Shown: piece by piece, positions 6,860 through 7,545 of the stretch
Position numbering within the stretch: the first letter of the stretch is position 1
Layout of the letters: every line of letters begins with the position of its first letter
From: Octopus sinensis
Lineage: Eukaryota
NCBI RefSeq assembly: GCF_006345805.1
Contig: NW_021828836.1
Span: forward strand, 1-7,545
Length of the DNA: 7,545 nucleotides
Direction: 5' to 3'
Position numbers and translations under genes: made by a program
Notes under the pieces: model-generated
Seen by the model: the letters and a program-made list of their open reading frames with translations, nothing else
What the model was told of the DNA's origin: nothing
Database searches by the model: none

Positions 6860-7475
6860 ATTATTATTCTATTCCTTAATATTTTGATGCGTCCCAACCC
6901 AAGGTTGTGCCCCTGCTAGTCCACTGTTTAATAGCCCTTCTCATGAAGGTTGGCTTTCGAGAATGGTAGAGATTTATGACCTTCTGTTCAAGATCTCTGA
7001 TGAGACCTTGGGCAACAAAAACCAAGGCGCTTCTTGAAATCATTTGCCATCACTCCTTGTAGTAACCTTAGATTTCTTAGCTAGATATTAAAGAGCTGTG
7101 GATCCTCGGACCGTAAGCGATTGCAGTACTTGACCCATGGTCTAGCCCTGGCTTAATGCCCATTCCCATATAGGTTGGCTTTTGCGAATGATAGAGCTTG
7201 ATATTGTTGTCCTTATTTAAGTTTCTTGACTTTTTGCTGTACAAGATCTCTGATGAAATTTTGGGCAGCAAAAGAGCAAAGCGCTTCTTGAGATCATTTG
7301 CCATTACTCCTTGTAGGAACCCTATATTTCCTGGCAAGGTATTAAACAGCTGTAGATCCTCGGACCCTAAGCTATTGCAGTACCTGACCCTTAGTCTATA
7401 ATTGGTGAGTGGGTCCTTATTCGAACTGGATATGACTCTTTGATAGTGATTTGTTGTTGTTAATAGGAATATCAA
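6860..7475 (-). mobile_element. Decayed 3' end of a non-LTR retrotransposon (probably CR1/L2-group LINE): ORF2 C-terminal tail, 3' UTR and AAT-rich tail, with an internal tandem duplication
   Basis: Minus-strand translations RVRYCNSLGSEDLQLFNTLPGNIGFLQGVMANDLKKRFALLLPKISSE (7392-7249) and WVKYCNRLRSEDPQLFNI*LRNLRLLQGVMANDFKKRLG-LLPKVSSE (7138-6996) resemble the PxLFNxLPxxLR...FKxxLDxxLxxVPDE motif that ends ORF2 of CR1/L2-group LINEs. The element ends in AAAATATTAAGGAATAGAATAATAAT (6885-6860). No RT core is present, so the clade is inferred and the 5' boundary is uncertain. Confidence 0.6.
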
Positions 7476-7545
7476 CGTATTTGTTATTAATTAGTTTTAT
7501 TACTGTATCAAAATCTGACGAATTCACATTTTTCCTATCCTATTT

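Noticed and set aside
7077-7475. 132-aa minus-strand ORF as a functional gene
   Set aside because: It runs through LINE-derived unit B and into unit A in a different frame, starts at TTG, and the A/B comparison shows no sign of purifying selection.

Overview
Non-coding, AT-rich, microsatellite-dense eukaryotic DNA with no intact protein-coding gene, RNA gene or prokaryotic system. The repeat families look like those of octopus or other coleoid cephalopods; this is pattern recognition from memory, not a database hit. From left to right the window holds: (1) an internally deleted mariner (75-632) with 30-bp TIRs, a TA target duplication and an out-of-frame fusion of the transposase N- and C-termini; (2) several tRNA-derived SINEs of two lineages (635-924, 992-1228, 2757-3138 with a perfect 14-bp TSD, and a partially dimeric copy at 3278-3675) plus small relics; (3) many simple repeats, including about 1 kb of (ATT)n that starts at a SINE tail; (4) a fold-back structure with 20/21-bp inverted arms around a (TA)n core (5571-5828); (5) the decayed 3' end of a probable CR1/L2-group LINE on the minus strand (6860-7475) with a head-to-tail duplication of about 225-254 bp. 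Apart from the mariner and LINE relics, the ORF-track entries are low-complexity translations of microsatellites, readings through SINEs, or short featureless ORFs. I found no evidence of a new biological system; the findings concern repeat architecture and history.
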